From a virus, in the IMG/VR virus record IMGVR_UViG_3300046314_000658: 64,000 nt of DNA; one strand, given 5' to 3'. Of this stretch, positions 18,367 through 27,333 are shown piece after piece. The stretch's first letter is position 1, and each line of letters begins with the position of its first letter. The translations under genes and the position numbers were made by a program. The notes beneath the pieces were generated by a model that worked only from the letters and a program-made list of their open reading frames with translations, did not search any database and was not told the DNA's origin.

Positions 18367-19184
18367 GCAGTTACCTTTGCTGAAGTTGGGATAGATGTGA
18401 AGGCTACCACTTGCGAAGGGCTGTTTTCCAACTGTAGTCCTGGAGTATCGTTGACCATTGTGGCACGGCTTGTGATAGGGCCTTTGCCTGCACTTGCAGC
18501 ATCAGCTAGTACAGCAGAATCCATTTCCGCAAAAGCCCGATTTATCGAGTTGACCACTGAGTCAATAGCTGCATCTGTCTTCAATTGTGCCATTGGATCT
18601 TCACTACCCATACCAGCTAGCGCATTTGCTTTTTGTAGCGCTTGGCTCATCTTCCAGTTAGCGCGAAGGAATTCAATTTGTTCATCCATTAGTTTGATAT
18701 TACTCTGCAATTCAGAGTACTTGTCTTGCTTGAATTTCAGTGCTTGCTTCATAACATCAAGCTGTGCTTTGTATCGAGGAGCTGCATCTGGATATTTTTT
18801 AGCGAACCCTTGCGTCATAGTTTCGAAATTATTCACTTCCGTACCATATGCAGTTATTGCTTCTAGTTGCTGCTTGCCACGGTTCTTAAATGCTTCTGAT
18901 TGTGTCACAGCAGTTTCGATGGGATTATCTGCTGCTGCTTGTTGGACCTTTTCGAGGTGTTGAACTTTCTCGGCATCAATTGCACGATACTTCATGTTTG
19001 AAGCTTTTAATGCAAGCACTGGTGCTACATTAATACCGATGATACCGATGATGCCCGCAATTGCGATACCGACCATGCCCGATACTGCAAGCCATGCGAC
19101 TGGAGCAGCCACTGCAACTGCAAAAATTGTGATGCCCCATTTGATCAGATTGATCTTACGTTGCTTTTGAATACTATCTTCCAT
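18363..19184 (-). CDS. Membrane-anchored coiled-coil protein (possibly PspA-like)
   Basis: Two TM helices followed by a long heptad-rich helical region; ATG 19184 with AGGA RBS. Confidence 0.65.
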   Translation of the reverse strand: MEDSIQKQRKINLIKWGITIFAVAVAAPVAWLAVSGMVGIAIAGIIGIIGINVAPVLALKASNMKYRAIDAEKVQHLEKVQQAAADNPIETAVTQSEAFKNRGKQQLEAITAYGTEVNNFETMTQGFAKKYPDAAPRYKAQLDVMKQALKFKQDKYSELQSNIKLMDEQIEFLRANWKMSQALQKANALAGMGSEDPMAQLKTDAAIDSVVNSINRAFAEMDSAVLADAASAGKGPITSRATMVNDTPGLQLENSPSQVVAFTSIPTSAKVTA

Positions 19185-19246
19185 TTTATATCCTATAAGT
19201 TGAGAAAGGGACTGAAACAATCCCATAAAAGAAACATGGGGGCTAC

Positions 19247-19444
19247 TTAGCAACCAAAATACTTGATAATGACTTCTAGTGCTGGGAGAAGTGTTGTTTG
19301 GTTGAAGGCTAAATCTTCCGGATGCATGTACTCGCCTTTTTTCAAGTGTGCTTTTATTTCTTTTTTGATCAGCGAGCGCTGATCTTTCAGTACGAGCACG
19401 GTGATCGCATCTGCTGCTTTGTGATCGAGTTCGATTTTACTCAC
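19247..19444 (-). CDS. Hypothetical protein
   Basis: GTGA overlap with the upstream ORF. Confidence 0.6.
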   Translation of the reverse strand: MSKIELDHKAADAITVLVLKDQRSLIKKEIKAHLKKGEYMHPEDLAFNQTTLLPALEVIIKYFGC

Positions 19445-19614
19445 ATCACCTCCACTTCGTTCATGAATTCCTGGAACAAAAATTGATCACTCATTGCTTC
19501 AGTCAGACCGTGTTTGGTGGCTACGTTATACCCCATTAATTTAGCATACGCGGCGTTTTCACGAATGAAATCGGCATACTCTTGAGAAGTCAACAACATG
19601 GAATATTGGTTCAT
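19441..19614 (-). CDS. Hypothetical protein
   Basis: ATG at 19614. Confidence 0.5.
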   Translation of the reverse strand: MNQYSMLLTSQEYADFIRENAAYAKLMGYNVATKHGLTEAMSDQFLFQEFMNEVEVM

Positions 19615-19985
19615 TTTAGTCTTTCGTGTGGAAAAAGATAGTATACCCTGAAGTGGTGGCATTGGCAACGGGTATTCTTATAAAGTTAATTTATTTTAAC
19701 AATCGGTTGGTGTCTATCGATCGACGAGTTGATGCAACGTCTTTGGGTTTTCACCAAGGTTGAGTCAATATAAAGTTATGCAGTCGCAAACCAACATACA
19801 ACATTTAGACTTTGGCATCTATGTGCGAACAGATGCTTAACTATTAATAACAACTGTATAACAGAATTAGGTATTGGCGACTGTACACCAATGTCGACTA
19901 GCGCATTGTAGCTACTGTCGACTTTCGATGATAAGAGATAAGGATAGGTAGCGGTAAGTATTTTTACCACCGGGAGGAAACAAGA

Positions 19986-20702
19986 ATGATTATTAACAAC
20001 AACGCAAAACACCACGTACTGTACGTGTGTCAAGAATCTATAATCCCACCAGGAATTGACTCGCTTATGGAGCAGTTGAGTGAACAACTTGATATCCAAT
20101 TTGAACGGGTATCGTCCGTTCGTGCAGTGTTGGAAGCAGCTGGGAATTTTGCGGTTAGCATCGATGCTATTGTGCTAGACATCGATTCGCTAAACGATGG
20201 TGAGGGGGCTACGATATTTGATATTGTTAATACCATCACAACGCTACTACGCTATCACAAATTGGCTTCAAATCCTCAATGCACAACCGAAAACTTACCT
20301 GCCATCGTTGTAGGAGTAAATGCTACAACAGATCCGAAGCGTATCCGCGAGTTGCTGGCGATTGCAAATATTTCTGGAGTATACCCAGGTGGATACGATT
20401 TCTCACTCAATGAAAAAATCACAGCAATGCGTGAATTCATCAACAGACGGTACCACGTCCCGAAGTCGATAAAGCAACTGCTATCTACCAAAAGCAAGGT
20501 GATAGGTCAAGAGGTTCCCAATGCGCTCACCACTAGACAATCCCAGATTTTGGATTTGGTCATTACAAGAGGAGCAAGCAACAAAGCGATTGCAAATATC
20601 CTCCACATTACAGATAGTACAGTGAAGTTGCACATGACATCAATCCTGAAAAAGTGTGGTGTACGGTCACGGACACAACTGGTCGCATTTCACACAAAGT
20701 AG
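19986..20702 (+). CDS. LuxR/NarL-family regulator (degenerate receiver-like N-domain + LuxR HTH)
   Basis: IDAIVLDI receiver-like strand; LTTRQSQIL..GASNKAIA..LHITDSTVKLHMTSILKK.GVRSRTQ; GGAGG RBS. Confidence 0.9.
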   Translation: MIINNNAKHHVLYVCQESIIPPGIDSLMEQLSEQLDIQFERVSSVRAVLEAAGNFAVSIDAIVLDIDSLNDGEGATIFDIVNTITTLLRYHKLASNPQCTTENLPAIVVGVNATTDPKRIRELLAIANISGVYPGGYDFSLNEKITAMREFINRRYHVPKSIKQLLSTKSKVIGQEVPNALTTRQSQILDLVITRGASNKAIANILHITDSTVKLHMTSILKKCGVRSRTQLVAFHTK

Positions 20703-20817
20703 TACGTAGCACTTTATAGACTGGTAGCAGAAATGCTTAGATCATCCACAAAATCTGCGGTTAAATAATTATGAGAGATGACTGATTTAAGCGTCTCTAT
20801 TCTTAGGAGAAATAATT

Positions 20818-21372
20818 ATGGCAGATATGACAATGGATCCATTCTACGCACTTGCACGTGAGATTGAAGCGACTAAAACTAAAGTATCGGATGGTATTTT
20901 CGAGAACTACAAACTTCAAGTTGCTCAAACAAACGACATTAACAACCGTGCGATGCAAGTTGCACTACACGACGCGACTGCACTAGCAGATCTAAAACAG
21001 GCTGTAGCTGACGGCACACTACAGACGATGCTTGCAGCTTCTCGTACAGACGCTGCTATCGGTGCTACCAGCGCTGCTGCACAACGGTTGACAATGGAGC
21101 AAGCAGAAGCAACTCGTCGCCTAATGGTCGACTTGAACACCCAAAACTTGAATACAGCATTGATCAACACCAATACCGCGCTAAATGGACTAAACGGACA
21201 GTATGCTGGTCTAGGTCTCGCTTACGGTGGTGCAGTTTCTGCTTACCAAAGCGCAAACCAAGCCAGTGCATTAAACGCTCTAAACAGCGCTATTGCTAGC
21301 CAAAGTTCTAACGTCATCGGCGCAGGCGCTGTTGGTGGTACTCAAACAGCAACACCAACTACAGTTGTTTAA
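20818..21372 (+). CDS. Ala/Gln/Asn-rich helical protein with a conserved C-terminal tag
   Basis: AGGAGA RBS; TAAATA at 20762. Confidence 0.8.
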   Translation: MADMTMDPFYALAREIEATKTKVSDGIFENYKLQVAQTNDINNRAMQVALHDATALADLKQAVADGTLQTMLAASRTDAAIGATSAAAQRLTMEQAEATRRLMVDLNTQNLNTALINTNTALNGLNGQYAGLGLAYGGAVSAYQSANQASALNALNSAIASQSSNVIGAGAVGGTQTATPTTVV

Positions 21373-21392
21373 TCAACTAAAGGAGGTTCATT

Positions 21393-21578
21393 ATGTATGG
21401 GTCACGATGGGGTTGGGGTAGTTACCCTCGCGGATATCTCGGAGCTGGCATTGGTTATCCATATAGCCCTCTGATATATCCTGGGTACTACCCTGGATAT
21501 GGCTACCCTGGATATGGATACGGCGGATACGGCGGATACAGTGGATACGGTTACTCATATCCATACGGACCGTACTGA
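21393..21578 (+). CDS. Gly/Tyr/Pro-rich low-complexity protein
   Basis: AAGGAGG RBS; YPGY/GYG repeats. Confidence 0.75.
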   Translation: MYGSRWGWGSYPRGYLGAGIGYPYSPLIYPGYYPGYGYPGYGYGGYGGYSGYGYSYPYGPY

Positions 21579-21591
21579 AGTAGGCAGCACA

Positions 21592-21622
21592 GTGAACCAG
21601 CTCACAAGGTTGGTTCATTTTT
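21592..21622 (+). terminator. Hairpin/terminator within the cassette
   Basis: gtgaaccagc-tcacaag-gttggttcat followed by tttt. Confidence 0.6.
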
Positions 21623-21639
21623 AGTTTAAGGAGAAAGAT

Positions 21640-21855
21640 ATGTTTGGTAATTATATGTACCCAGTTTATAGAAGTCCATACTACGCACAAGCGTGGGGGT
21701 TCCCTGTGTGGAATATGGGTGGTTATTCTGGTGGTTATGGTGGATCGTATGGAACTAATATTTTTGGTAGCGCAATTGCTAACCAAAACATGAATGTGAT
21801 TGGTGCTGGTGCGATTGGTGGATCGCAAGTAGCTACTCCAACAGCGATTTGGTAA
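21640..21855 (+). CDS. Gly/Tyr-rich small protein with the same C-terminal tag as 20818
   Basis: AAGGAG RBS; C-terminus NVIGAGAIGGSQVATPT. Confidence 0.75.
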   Translation: MFGNYMYPVYRSPYYAQAWGFPVWNMGGYSGGYGGSYGTNIFGSAIANQNMNVIGAGAIGGSQVATPTAIW

Positions 21856-21864
21856 GGAGTTAAT

Positions 21865-22548
21865 ATGTACAAAAAAATCACACACAATGTAGTGGAGGAA
21901 CACTTCGCTCACCCACTCGCAGCGCAATTGAAAAAGCAAATTGATAAGACGAAACCAGCCCCACCAAAAAACAAAGAAACGCTCACAGGACCGTTGGACC
22001 TCGATGCACACAAATTGTTTAATAAACTGCACTGGGGTGTGCGGAACTACGTAGTTAGTGCGCTCGGTCCAAACGATGATAGCACGATACTAATCAAAAC
22101 GACACTACTAAAAGATGTTTTAGAATTTGCACCATTTTTTAATGCATATTATCCAACTACAATTGGATCATCGGTTGTAACCCACCTAACTGGATTTGTC
22201 AATTCAGTTACGGACGTGGTGCAAGCAGCTCGATCCGGAAAAGATTTTACATCACCACTTACTGCTACACGAGGACATCTCGATGCACTAGCGGGAGTTA
22301 TCAGTGCTGCTAATCAAACGAGCTGGCCCGCACCAACAGTTAAGGCATACCTTCATGAATATTTAATGAAGGTGGTCGATCAGATAATTGCGCGCACTAA
22401 AAAGGATTGGAAAGCTGATCTAGAAGCTGCGACACTAGCACACAATGTTTTAACTACAGGACCAATTTCCTTCGGAACACTCAAAAGCAGTCCTGATTTT
22501 GCGTGCGTAGTAGTTAACGGAATTCGTAATCAATTCCCGATAAAGTAA
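21865..22548 (+). CDS. Helical-bundle protein, paralog A (resembles an uncharacterised family of spore-forming Firmicutes)
   Basis: F..YY...HL...V.AA.SG...W....L.EYL...AR..DW..D...GI..QFP pattern. Confidence 0.7.
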   Translation: MYKKITHNVVEEHFAHPLAAQLKKQIDKTKPAPPKNKETLTGPLDLDAHKLFNKLHWGVRNYVVSALGPNDDSTILIKTTLLKDVLEFAPFFNAYYPTTIGSSVVTHLTGFVNSVTDVVQAARSGKDFTSPLTATRGHLDALAGVISAANQTSWPAPTVKAYLHEYLMKVVDQIIARTKKDWKADLEAATLAHNVLTTGPISFGTLKSSPDFACVVVNGIRNQFPIK

Positions 22549-22557
22549 GGAACCAAT

Positions 22558-23256
22558 ATGTACAAAACCATCACACACAACATCGTTGAAGAGCATTACG
22601 GTCAAGATCAAGGAGAACGGCTGAAATATGTCAATCCTCAAACGGGATTAACAGACTATCTCCCTCAATTTGTAATGAACGAAAACACAATGACTTTTAG
22701 AATGGACTCGAGGTCAATTTGGGCCAAATATGCTTGGGGATTGTTAAATTACGGCATCAGTATGAATGCTGGCCTACCAGTGATGGAGCAAGTAGAGGCA
22801 AGGGTGTTTAAAAATGCACGCGCTTTAGGAGATTTCATTACTCCATACTACGGTATTACTGCTGGATTGCGATTTGGTGATTTGCTGTCTAGTATTGGCC
22901 AAGTAGGCATTGATGTAGTCAAAGCTACAAAAGAAAAAGAGTCGCTCGACAAGTATAAAGTAATGTGGGCTGACCACATTGCAACACTTGCCGAATTTCT
23001 AAACGAGCTCAACCCCAACAATTGGCCTGAAGTTACTACAACTGAGTATCTTACAAATATGGTAAGTTTTTGGGTCGATGAGATTCAAGCGCGGGCGGCA
23101 AACAATCAGAGTGCAGATGAAGCAGCAATCGAAAGCTTAAACAAGTTGATAGTGATGGGTATACCAAATAGTGTGCCGAGTCACAAAGCCTCGAGTTTGA
23201 GTGATTTGTTCAGTCGCGGAATAATTGCACAGTACCCAGCGCTGTTTGCTGCATAA
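22558..23256 (+). CDS. Helical-bundle protein, paralog B
   Basis: R.IW..Y...NA..LG..ITPYYG...F..LL...LA.FL..LNP.NW...GII.QYP pattern. Confidence 0.7.
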   Translation: MYKTITHNIVEEHYGQDQGERLKYVNPQTGLTDYLPQFVMNENTMTFRMDSRSIWAKYAWGLLNYGISMNAGLPVMEQVEARVFKNARALGDFITPYYGITAGLRFGDLLSSIGQVGIDVVKATKEKESLDKYKVMWADHIATLAEFLNELNPNNWPEVTTTEYLTNMVSFWVDEIQARAANNQSADEAAIESLNKLIVMGIPNSVPSHKASSLSDLFSRGIIAQYPALFAA

Positions 23257-23276
23257 TCATAGTTAAGGGGGTAATT

Positions 23277-23858
23277 GTGAACGATACAGAACACAAAAAA
23301 CGGATGCAAGTGCTTCGAATGGCTGAAATTATTCTGAAGGAAGAAAATACCAAGCAATTCAACGCAGAGTACAGAGGTTGGATTGCATCCAACGATGTAT
23401 CATGGCGGACGCGGGGAATCAAATTAGCAGTTCCAGTTGCACCTTCTCCTCCAACGGAGGAGGCGATTGTAGCAAGAGCACTTGAGTTCTACAAAGCTGC
23501 TGTAGTTGATACAGCATCTCCATTAGCAACTGCGGCGCCTGCAGCAATCATATCTAGCGATAATGAGGGAAGTACTGATACTGTACCAACAATTACTGAG
23601 CAGCACTCAGTAACTACTGAATCGACCGAGGTCGGTGACGAGGCACCTCTTCCCGTTGTAGACTTGGTATTGGACCCAGTGCGAAAAATATTCGAAGCGC
23701 CTGCTTCTGTTGATATCGAACTTAATAGTCCTACTGAACAAGCGTCTGTTACTGATGTGCCTACTCTCACTGTACCCACATCTGGGGTGCGAGATATGTT
23801 AGCAAGTTTGTTTCAGCAAAAAAGCCAATCCAATAAGACGAGGTCACTAAATGTTTAA
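23277..23858 (+). CDS. Hypothetical protein with disordered acidic C-terminus
   Basis: AAGGGGG RBS, GTG start; PPTEEAIVARA motif. Confidence 0.65.
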   Translation: MNDTEHKKRMQVLRMAEIILKEENTKQFNAEYRGWIASNDVSWRTRGIKLAVPVAPSPPTEEAIVARALEFYKAAVVDTASPLATAAPAAIISSDNEGSTDTVPTITEQHSVTTESTEVGDEAPLPVVDLVLDPVRKIFEAPASVDIELNSPTEQASVTDVPTLTVPTSGVRDMLASLFQQKSQSNKTRSLNV

Positions 23859-24345
23859 TGCACTGGGGATATATTCGAGTCACAGCACTCTGTTGCCAAT
23901 CATGGGGCGGCGAGTGACATACACCCAGTTGCGTTCACCAAATCGACTACTAGCAACACCTGGAATACAACTAGGTGGTAATGGAAACGATGTTATCAAC
24001 ATTGGTGGAGGAGAGGTTGGTCCACCAGGACCTCTTGGTCCACCAGGACCTCCCGGTACTCCCAGTTTGGTGCCTGTAACTATAGTTACTGATACACCTT
24101 TCACTGTGACATTGACTGATTATCTACTGGATATTAATGTAGCAGCACCAAGCTCTGTTATATTACCAATCAGTCCAACAGGAACAGTATTTGTCGTTAA
24201 AGATATATCAGGTAGCGCATCGACTAATGTAATTATTGTTACGGGATTGGGCGCAGCAGTTGACGGTAACGCAACTGCTACTATCAACACAGATTACGGC
24301 AGCATAACGCTGATATTTAACGGCACTGAATGGAACATCATATAA
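23851..24345 (+). CDS. Short collagen-like protein with C-terminal beta domain
   Basis: GPPGPLGPPGPPG; V.LP..TG.VFVVKD..G...VDG...INT.YGSITL.FNGTEW. Confidence 0.75.
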   Translation: MFNALGIYSSHSTLLPIMGRRVTYTQLRSPNRLLATPGIQLGGNGNDVINIGGGEVGPPGPLGPPGPPGTPSLVPVTIVTDTPFTVTLTDYLLDINVAAPSSVILPISPTGTVFVVKDISGSASTNVIIVTGLGAAVDGNATATINTDYGSITLIFNGTEWNII

Positions 24346-24896
24346 TGTCACACAACACACCACTAGCATCTACAACCAATTTTGGTCTTATAAAGGTAGG
24401 TACCGGCTTGAGCGTTACTGATGGTTTAGTAACAGCCACACCAGGGTTACTAAATTACGGGTTCTTTACAGACGGTACGCAAACTAACCCAGTGGCTAGC
24501 GCCGTAAACATCACAAGTTTTACCAACTCGGGGCCTGCAAACGGAATTAGCGTTGTAGGAGGAACTAACATTACCGTGGTAAATGCGGGTGTTTACACTA
24601 AAATGTTTACAGTGATGGTATCAAAAACATCAGGTGGCACAAGCTCTGTAAGTTTTTGGTTGAGATATAACGGCATAGACGTAGCTGGCTCTAGACAGGA
24701 TTTGGAGTTGATTAACACACTAGTGCTCGTTTTCGCGTCAGGTAATTACACTATTGCAATGACTGCTGGAAGCTACATTCAATTATGTTGGAGCAGCGCA
24801 GATACAACTGTAGCATTAACTGCTTTGCCAACGGCAATAGCACCAACTAGACCAGCTGGCGACAGTGTTAAAGTCACACTTACGAGGATTTCATAA
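24345..24896 (+). CDS. C1q/TNF/BclA-C-terminal-like beta-sandwich protein
   Basis: NGISV..TNITV.NAGVY..F.V..FWLR.NG.DV.GS..AGSYIQL.W; TAATG coupling. Confidence 0.65.
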   Translation: MSHNTPLASTTNFGLIKVGTGLSVTDGLVTATPGLLNYGFFTDGTQTNPVASAVNITSFTNSGPANGISVVGGTNITVVNAGVYTKMFTVMVSKTSGGTSSVSFWLRYNGIDVAGSRQDLELINTLVLVFASGNYTIAMTAGSYIQLCWSSADTTVALTALPTAIAPTRPAGDSVKVTLTRIS

Positions 24897-25195
24897 TGGC
24901 TATCAACCTAGACATAACTGTAGTAACAACTACTCCGTACACAATATCTGTTGATGATTCTGTATTGCTAGTAAACGTCCCCGGCCCTGCGATTGTCAAA
25001 TTACCTAGCGGCAGCGGCGGCAATGAAAAGCGTTCGTATATTATCAAAGATACGTCTGGAAACTCAACTACAAATCCTATCACCATTACAGCCAACGGCG
25101 GGAGACTAATTGACGGAGTCGCATTTGCCATGCTTAATGGTGGATACAGCCACATACAAGTCGTATCCAATGGTTCAACCTGGTTTACTATTTAA
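24896..25195 (+). CDS. Small beta-domain protein (paralog of the 23851 C-domain)
   Basis: V.LP...YIIKD.SG...NPITI...IDG...NG.TW; TAATG coupling. Confidence 0.75.
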   Translation: MAINLDITVVTTTPYTISVDDSVLLVNVPGPAIVKLPSGSGGNEKRSYIIKDTSGNSTTNPITITANGGRLIDGVAFAMLNGGYSHIQVVSNGSTWFTI

Positions 25196-25228
25196 GTAAC
25201 CAACTCTTTTTAAATAAGGAAAATAAAA

Positions 25229-25630
25229 ATGTCATATACAAACAACTCGCTGTCAATAGTTGGTGGCGCTGGTATCACAGTAACACCAACAACCAACACT
25301 GGTGCTACAACAATCACACTAGATGCGATAGCGGGTCCAGATATTCTAACAGTGCGAATTGCGACCACCACACCAGACGCCGTGTTAATAACGGACGAGA
25401 TGGTAAGTTATGAAGTATCTGGCCCAGTTGCCGTAGCAGTAACACTACCTACTGGCGTAACAGGTCAGGTATTCTATCTCAAAGATGGTCTAGGTCTCGC
25501 AACGACTGCTAATCCCATCACGATCACACCAACAGCCAGTACAATTGATGGTGCAGCAACTGCTACTATCAATGTTCCGTATGGTGCACTGACGTTAGTG
25601 TACAGCGGCACGGAGTGGAAAATTCTATAA
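25229..25630 (+). CDS. Small beta-domain protein (paralog)
   Basis: VTLPTG.TGQVFYLKD..G...NPITI..IDG..INVPYGALTL..SGTEW; TAAATA at 25211. Confidence 0.75.
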   Translation: MSYTNNSLSIVGGAGITVTPTTNTGATTITLDAIAGPDILTVRIATTTPDAVLITDEMVSYEVSGPVAVAVTLPTGVTGQVFYLKDGLGLATTANPITITPTASTIDGAATATINVPYGALTLVYSGTEWKIL

Positions 25631-25639
25631 CATTGTAAC

Positions 25640-26374
25640 ATGCACGAACTCAGAGCAGACCCCGTTGATTTCAGAGACTTTGCGTATCAAGTAATTGGCA
25701 CTCCACTCAAACGTGTCATAGATTTGCGTCCGTGGGCAAGTCGAGTTGAGAATCAAGCAGATCTAGGTAGTTGTACTAGTGCCGCTGTAATTGGTGCGTA
25801 TGAATTGTTACTAAAAAAGACAACTCCCGGTAAATTCGACGAACTTAGTAGCCTATTTGTGTACTACAACGCTCGTGTTTTAGAGGGGTTTCCGAACGAT
25901 GATGTTGGTGCATATCTCCGAACAGCAATAAAAGCGGTTCACAAATATGGGGTATGTATGGAAGAATTGTGGCCATATCACATACAAACTTTTACACTAC
26001 TTCCACCAGTAGAATGCTACGAAGATGGCAGCAAGCGAAAGATTAAAAACTACAATCGACTATCAGGCATTGTAGATATTCTGGATGCTATTAACCAAGA
26101 GCGGCCAGTGGTAATTGGAGTGGATCTATATGATGAGTTCGAACAACTGGATGCGTGCAATGCTACACTACAAAGTCCAGCGAAAGATCAATCGCCAAGT
26201 GGTGCCCATGCGCTTTGTTTAATTGGGTACGATTTGGATCGTCGGGTATTGTTGTGTAGAAATAGCTTTGGAGAGGAGTGGGGTCTAGGTGGATATTTCT
26301 GGATGACGTTCGAATATGCCGAGCGAGAAATGATTGACGCTTGGGTATTTGACATTGATTTATTTGAGCACTAA
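25640..26374 (+). CDS. Papain-like cysteine peptidase (family C1)
   Basis: DLR..VENQADLGSC (Gln/Cys), GAHAL (His), RNSFG..WG..GY (Asn). Confidence 0.92.
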   Translation: MHELRADPVDFRDFAYQVIGTPLKRVIDLRPWASRVENQADLGSCTSAAVIGAYELLLKKTTPGKFDELSSLFVYYNARVLEGFPNDDVGAYLRTAIKAVHKYGVCMEELWPYHIQTFTLLPPVECYEDGSKRKIKNYNRLSGIVDILDAINQERPVVIGVDLYDEFEQLDACNATLQSPAKDQSPSGAHALCLIGYDLDRRVLLCRNSFGEEWGLGGYFWMTFEYAEREMIDAWVFDIDLFEH

Positions 26375-26384
26375 GGAGAATCCT

Positions 26385-26900
26385 GTGGCATATTCAGGGC
26401 AATCATCTATCAATTTAGGAAAACAACATGACACAAATCGACAAAATACAAATTCGGACGTGCTCTACTTACCGAGAGATTGCATCGAGCGAGATGTACA
26501 AGACGCACTTAGAATTGGTAATACTGAGGGCGCAAGTGGAGTGTCTATCATCACGGGTCCGCCGGGGCCAAAAGGAGATCGAGGGCCTCCAGGATTGCCA
26601 GGCTTTCACAGCTGTGAGTGTAAAACAACAACGATTGATAGTGATTACGTCACTTCTATTGACGATTATTACATTGGGTGTATCAATAATACCCCGATTA
26701 CTGTAATTCTCCCGATGCAACCAGATAGAGCTGTTGAGTTGGTGATTAAACGGCAGACTGGAGTAGCTACTGCAGATGGAACAGTCTCGGTCAAGACTGC
26801 AGATGGTGCATTAATCGATGGGCAACAAAGCCACACGATTCGTAACCCGTTTGGTGTTTTACGAATCGTGTGGAACTCAAATAACTGGTTTAAAACTTGA
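26385..26900 (+). CDS. Collagen-like protein with C-terminal beta domain (paralog)
   Basis: AAGGAG RBS + GTG; GPPGPKGDRGPPGLPG; DYYIG..V.LP..IDG..NNW. Confidence 0.75.
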   Translation: MAYSGQSSINLGKQHDTNRQNTNSDVLYLPRDCIERDVQDALRIGNTEGASGVSIITGPPGPKGDRGPPGLPGFHSCECKTTTIDSDYVTSIDDYYIGCINNTPITVILPMQPDRAVELVIKRQTGVATADGTVSVKTADGALIDGQQSHTIRNPFGVLRIVWNSNNWFKT

Positions 26901-27333
26901 TAAACATATCATCAATATTGAACAGAAAGCGGCGGCGCATGTTTTCCAACACACTATCAGGCACCCCGTGAATTGAACCGAAGTTAGACTGAGCCAAGTA
27001 GACAGTAGGGTTTTGTCCATACTGCTGGATCATATCGAAATAGACTTGCAGTTCTTTCTTCGTCGTGAAAGTGTTGGACACAATTACAGTTGCGCCTTGT
27101 GCAAGACCATTAGCGCACTGCTCTTGGCACCAAGCATGAGCTTCGCCGATTCGCATTCCATCCCAGTTGTAGTTCCCATCAGCATCAGTAAAGAACTGGT
27201 CTGCTTCGTAGTGGTACGCAGGCACATCATTCAACACGTATGAATGTAACAATCGACGTGCAAGGGTACTTTTACCACTCCCAGGCAGGCCGCGAATCAG
27301 TGCAAGAGTTGGAGTTGAGTGTTTAGCTTGCAT
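26890..27333 (-). CDS. P-loop kinase (AAA_33 / polynucleotide-kinase-like)
   Basis: IRGLPGSGKST, EADQFF, VIVSNT, SIHGVP. Confidence 0.85.
   Translation of the reverse strand: MQAKHSTPTLALIRGLPGSGKSTLARRLLHSYVLNDVPAYHYEADQFFTDADGNYNWDGMRIGEAHAWCQEQCANGLAQGATVIVSNTFTTKKELQVYFDMIQQYGQNPTVYLAQSNFGSIHGVPDSVLENMRRRFLFNIDDMFIKF

Noticed and set aside
20818-21855. RiPP precursor cluster
   Set aside because: The small Gly/Tyr peptides and protease are suggestive, but no modifying enzyme (radical SAM, YcaO, LanM) or exporter is present.
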